From Methylocella sp. (GTDB lineage: Bacteria > Pseudomonadota > Alphaproteobacteria > Rhizobiales > Beijerinckiaceae): a stretch of 64,000 nucleotides of DNA. Made by a program: the position numbers and the translations under genes. Of the stretch, positions 61,363-64,000 are shown in pieces. Every line of letters begins with the position of its first letter. The first letter of the stretch is position 1. The stretch covers positions 1,207 to 65,206 of the forward strand of contig JBKQMI010000146.1 in the NCBI GenBank assembly GCA_052146775.1, in the 5' to 3' direction. The notes below the pieces were generated by a model. The model made no database searches, was not told the origin of the DNA, and worked only from the letters and a program-made list of their open reading frames with translations.

Positions 61363-62112
61363 CTAAGCTTCCGTGGAAACAGCCCTGAAAATCGCTTCGA
61401 ACTCCGCGGCCTTAAGGCTTGCGCGACCGACCAGCACGCCGCCGACTTCAGGCAGCGCCAGGATCTCGCGCGCGTTGGATGGGTTGACGGATCCGCCGTA
61501 GAGGATGCGCACCGTTTTCCCTTTCTCCCCGAAACGGTCCGCCAGGCAGTGGCGGATATGGGCGAGCATTTCCACGATCACCTCCCGAGTCGCCGCGCCC
61601 TCGGCTCCGATCGCCCACAGCGGCTCATAGGCGATCGCGTTGGCGGACGAGACCATGCCTTCGGGAACGCTTCCCGCGATTTGATCTCTGCACACGGAAA
61701 ACGCCGCGCCGCTTCGCCGCTGTGGCTCCGTCTCGCCGATGCAGATGATTGACAGAATGCCCGCGCGCCAGGCGGCTTTCGCCTTCGCCGCCACCATTGC
61801 ATCCGTCTCGCAATGATGTTGACGGCGTTCCGAATGTCCGACAATGACCGCGGAGGCGCCCGCATCTTTCAGCATTTCCGCGCTGACGCCTCCTATGAAG
61901 GCGCCGGCAACTTCCTTGTAGCAATCCTGCCCTCCGATGGCGATGCGGCCGGCGGCCCTCTGCGCGGCGCGCGCGATCAGGGTGAAAGGTGGGCAGATCA
62001 GAACGTCGACAAACGGCGGCGTGGCCTTCACGGAGGCGGCAATCGCCTCGATCTCGCCAAGCTGCGACGACAGGCCGTTCATCTTCCAGTTTCCCGCGAT
62101 CAAAGGCCGCAT
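61363..62112 (-). CDS. tpiA: Triosephosphate isomerase-family protein (divergent)
   Basis: AGNWKMN, GHSERR, AYEPLWAIG, YGGSV; loops 6 and 8 altered; start reset to MRPLIAG. Confidence 0.85.
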   Translation of the reverse strand: MRPLIAGNWKMNGLSSQLGEIEAIAASVKATPPFVDVLICPPFTLIARAAQRAAGRIAIGGQDCYKEVAGAFIGGVSAEMLKDAGASAVIVGHSERRQHHCETDAMVAAKAKAAWRAGILSIICIGETEPQRRSGAAFSVCRDQIAGSVPEGMVSSANAIAYEPLWAIGAEGAATREVIVEMLAHIRHCLADRFGEKGKTVRILYGGSVNPSNAREILALPEVGGVLVGRASLKAAEFEAIFRAVSTEA

Positions 62113-62266
62113 GCTCTGCTCGCGGTTCTGATGCAACCGGCAAAAGGGACTGCGTGGGCGCGCAACGACATCGCAATCCTTCACGATGGCGATCGACCGA
62201 TCATTCTCTCCAACAGGCGCTCATATCTTCCGGAAAAGCTTCATGTAGGAAACATGACCGGGCTCA

Positions 62267-62725
62267 TCATCGCTGATACGATCCCACAAGACCAGCTTCC
62301 GCAACAAGATGTTTGCGCGCCTCTCGTTCGACGTCTCGGCATGATGGATTCCCGCGCACCGGCAGGCGGTCGATCGAGAGCGCAAGCAGCCGGAAATGAT
62401 AGTGGTGCAATCCATGGCCGCGTGGTGGGCAGGGGCCGCCGTAATCCGGTCGACCGAAGTCATTCAGCGCCTGTCTGAAGCCATCTATACCCCCGCGCCG
62501 ACCCGCGCCTTCTGGGAGCGCGGTGCGGTCGGCGGGAAGATCATAAACCGCCCAGTGACGCCAGATCCCCGCCGGAGCATCCGGGTCGTCGCAAAGAAGC
62601 ACAAAACTGCGCGTCCCTTCTGGGGCGCCAGTCCAATGGAGCGGCGGGGACACGTCTTCGCCCTCGCAGGTAAAATGCCGCGGGATAGCGCCGCCATCAG
62701 AAAAGGCGCTCGATCTGAGTTGCAT
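62267..62725 (-). CDS. Cytoplasmic YbhB/YbcL Raf-kinase-inhibitor-like protein
   Basis: SPPL.W...P.GT.S, DPDAP..G.W.HW, YGGPCPP.GHG.H.Y.F.L.AL. Confidence 0.9.
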   Translation of the reverse strand: MQLRSSAFSDGGAIPRHFTCEGEDVSPPLHWTGAPEGTRSFVLLCDDPDAPAGIWRHWAVYDLPADRTALPEGAGRRGGIDGFRQALNDFGRPDYGGPCPPRGHGLHHYHFRLLALSIDRLPVRGNPSCRDVEREARKHLVAEAGLVGSYQR

Positions 62726-62728
62726 GGG

Positions 62729-64000
62729 TTAGTCTCTCTCACTCTGGGGCCACGCTGCGGCGGCCCGGCGCTCTGCGTCCGCAACCCCCTTCAGCGCCCC
62801 AATCAGACTGGATGGATTGACGCTGATTGAGTCGATCCCCCAGCCGACCAGCGCGGCGGCGATCTCGGGATAATTCGCAGGCGCCTCGCCACAGATGCCG
62901 ACATGCCGGCCGTTGCGCCTCGCGCCCGTGACCGCCAGACGCAGCATCTCAAGCATCCCCGGATCGCGCTCGTCGAAATCGAAGGCCACGATCTCGGAGT
63001 CGCGGTCCACGCCCAAGGTGAGTTGGGTCAGATCGTTGGAGCCGATGGAAAAGCCATCGAAGAGCGCAGCGAAGGCGTCGATGCGGATCACATTGTTGGG
63101 GATCTCGCACATGACGAAGACCTCCAGCCCGTTCTCGCCACGCTTCAGCCCGTTGCGCTCCAGCGCCGCGATCACCCGTCGGGCCTCCTCCTCGCGGCGC
63201 ACGAACGGGACCATGACCTTGAGATTGGTCAGGCCCATAATTTCGCGCACGCGGCGCAAGGCCGCGCATTCCAGAGCGAAGCCCGCGGCGTAGGCGGGAT
63301 GATCGTAGCGCGAGGCCCCGCGGAAACCCAGCATGGGATTGTCTTCCCTGGGCTCGAAGCCGGCGCCTCCGATGAGGCCCGCGTATTCGTTGGTTTTGAA
63401 GTCCGAGAGGCGGACGATCACCGGGCGGGGATAGAACGCCGCCGCGATCGTCCCCACGCCCTCCGACAGGCGTTCGATGAAGAAGTCGGCCGGTCGCGGA
63501 TAGCCGCGGGCGGCGCGCGCGATCGCCGCCCTGGCCTTGGCCGACGCAACCTTGTCCGGCTCGGCCAGCGCCATCGGGTGGATGCCGATATGCTCTTCGA
63601 TGATAAATTCCATGCGCGCCAAACCGACGCCGGCGGCGGGCAGCTCGGCCGTTCGGAAGGCCAAATCGGGATCACCCAGATTGACCATGACCTCCGTCTT
63701 CGGCGTCGGCAGGCTGCCAAGATCGATCGCCGCTGTTTCGAAGGGAACGGCGCCCTCGTAGACCTGCCCGACGTCGCCTTCCGCGCATGATACGGTTACG
63801 GTCGCGCCGGTCTTGAGCCTGGAGGTGGCGTCGCCCGCGCCGACGACCGCCGGCACGCCGAGTTCGCGCGCCACGATCGCCGCGTGGCAGGTGCGCCCGC
63901 CGCGGTCGGTGACGATCGCGCTCGCCGTCTTCATCACCGTCTGCCAGTCGGGCCTCGTCGTCTCGGCGACCAGGATCTCGCCGGGACGGAAGGTGTCGAG
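62729..64000 (-). CDS. ppsA: Phosphoenolpyruvate synthase (5'-partial)
   Basis: [14 protein letters not shown] phospho-His, [40 protein letters not shown]. Confidence 0.95.
   Translation of the reverse strand, partial: LDTFRPGEILVAETTRPDWQTVMKTASAIVTDRGGRTCHAAIVARELGVPAVVGAGDATSRLKTGATVTVSCAEGDVGQVYEGAVPFETAAIDLGSLPTPKTEVMVNLGDPDLAFRTAELPAAGVGLARMEFIIEEHIGIHPMALAEPDKVASAKARAAIARAARGYPRPADFFIERLSEGVGTIAAAFYPRPVIVRLSDFKTNEYAGLIGGAGFEPREDNPMLGFRGASRYDHPAYAAGFALECAALRRVREIMGLTNLKVMVPFVRREEEARRVIAALERNGLKRGENGLEVFVMCEIPNNVIRIDAFAALFDGFSIGSNDLTQLTLGVDRDSEIVAFDFDERDPGMLEMLRLAVTGARRNGRHVGICGEAPANYPEIAAALVGWGIDSISVNPSSLIGALKGVADAERRAAAAWPQSERD

Overview
High-GC alphaproteobacterial (Rhizobiales-like; inferred from gene content) chromosomal window. 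After the 3' part of proB, about 35 kb (1.3-36.5 kb, almost all on the minus strand) is a hydrogen-metabolism island with four enzyme modules. These are: (i) a group-4-like membrane complex (hyfBCEFG/I-like) whose large subunit lacks the Ni-Fe cysteine ligands (Ehr type); (ii) a soluble group 3b hydrogenase operon with an embedded stand-alone cNMP-binding protein, its own protease and HypC; (iii) an O2-tolerant-type group 1d uptake hydrogenase HupSLC with a full hup/hyp maturation set; and (iv) the HupTUV/HupR H2-sensing system. The island is bracketed and subdivided by three direct copies of a 117-bp palindromic MITE-like element and flanked by IS66, IS5 and IS630 scars. One element copy rewrites the protease C-terminus, and a second element family is inserted in frame in HupK. 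The right part holds modE, two tandem paralogous membrane proteins, a GNAT, groES-groEL with CIRCE, an Omp25/RopB-type porin, a glpK remnant, LysR, gcvT-H-PA-PB under a tandem glycine riboswitch, a MoxR/vWA/Bat operon facing a NarL-type two-component system, a divergent TPI paralog, YbhB and partial ppsA. All calls come from reading the sequence and recalled family motifs; no searches were run.
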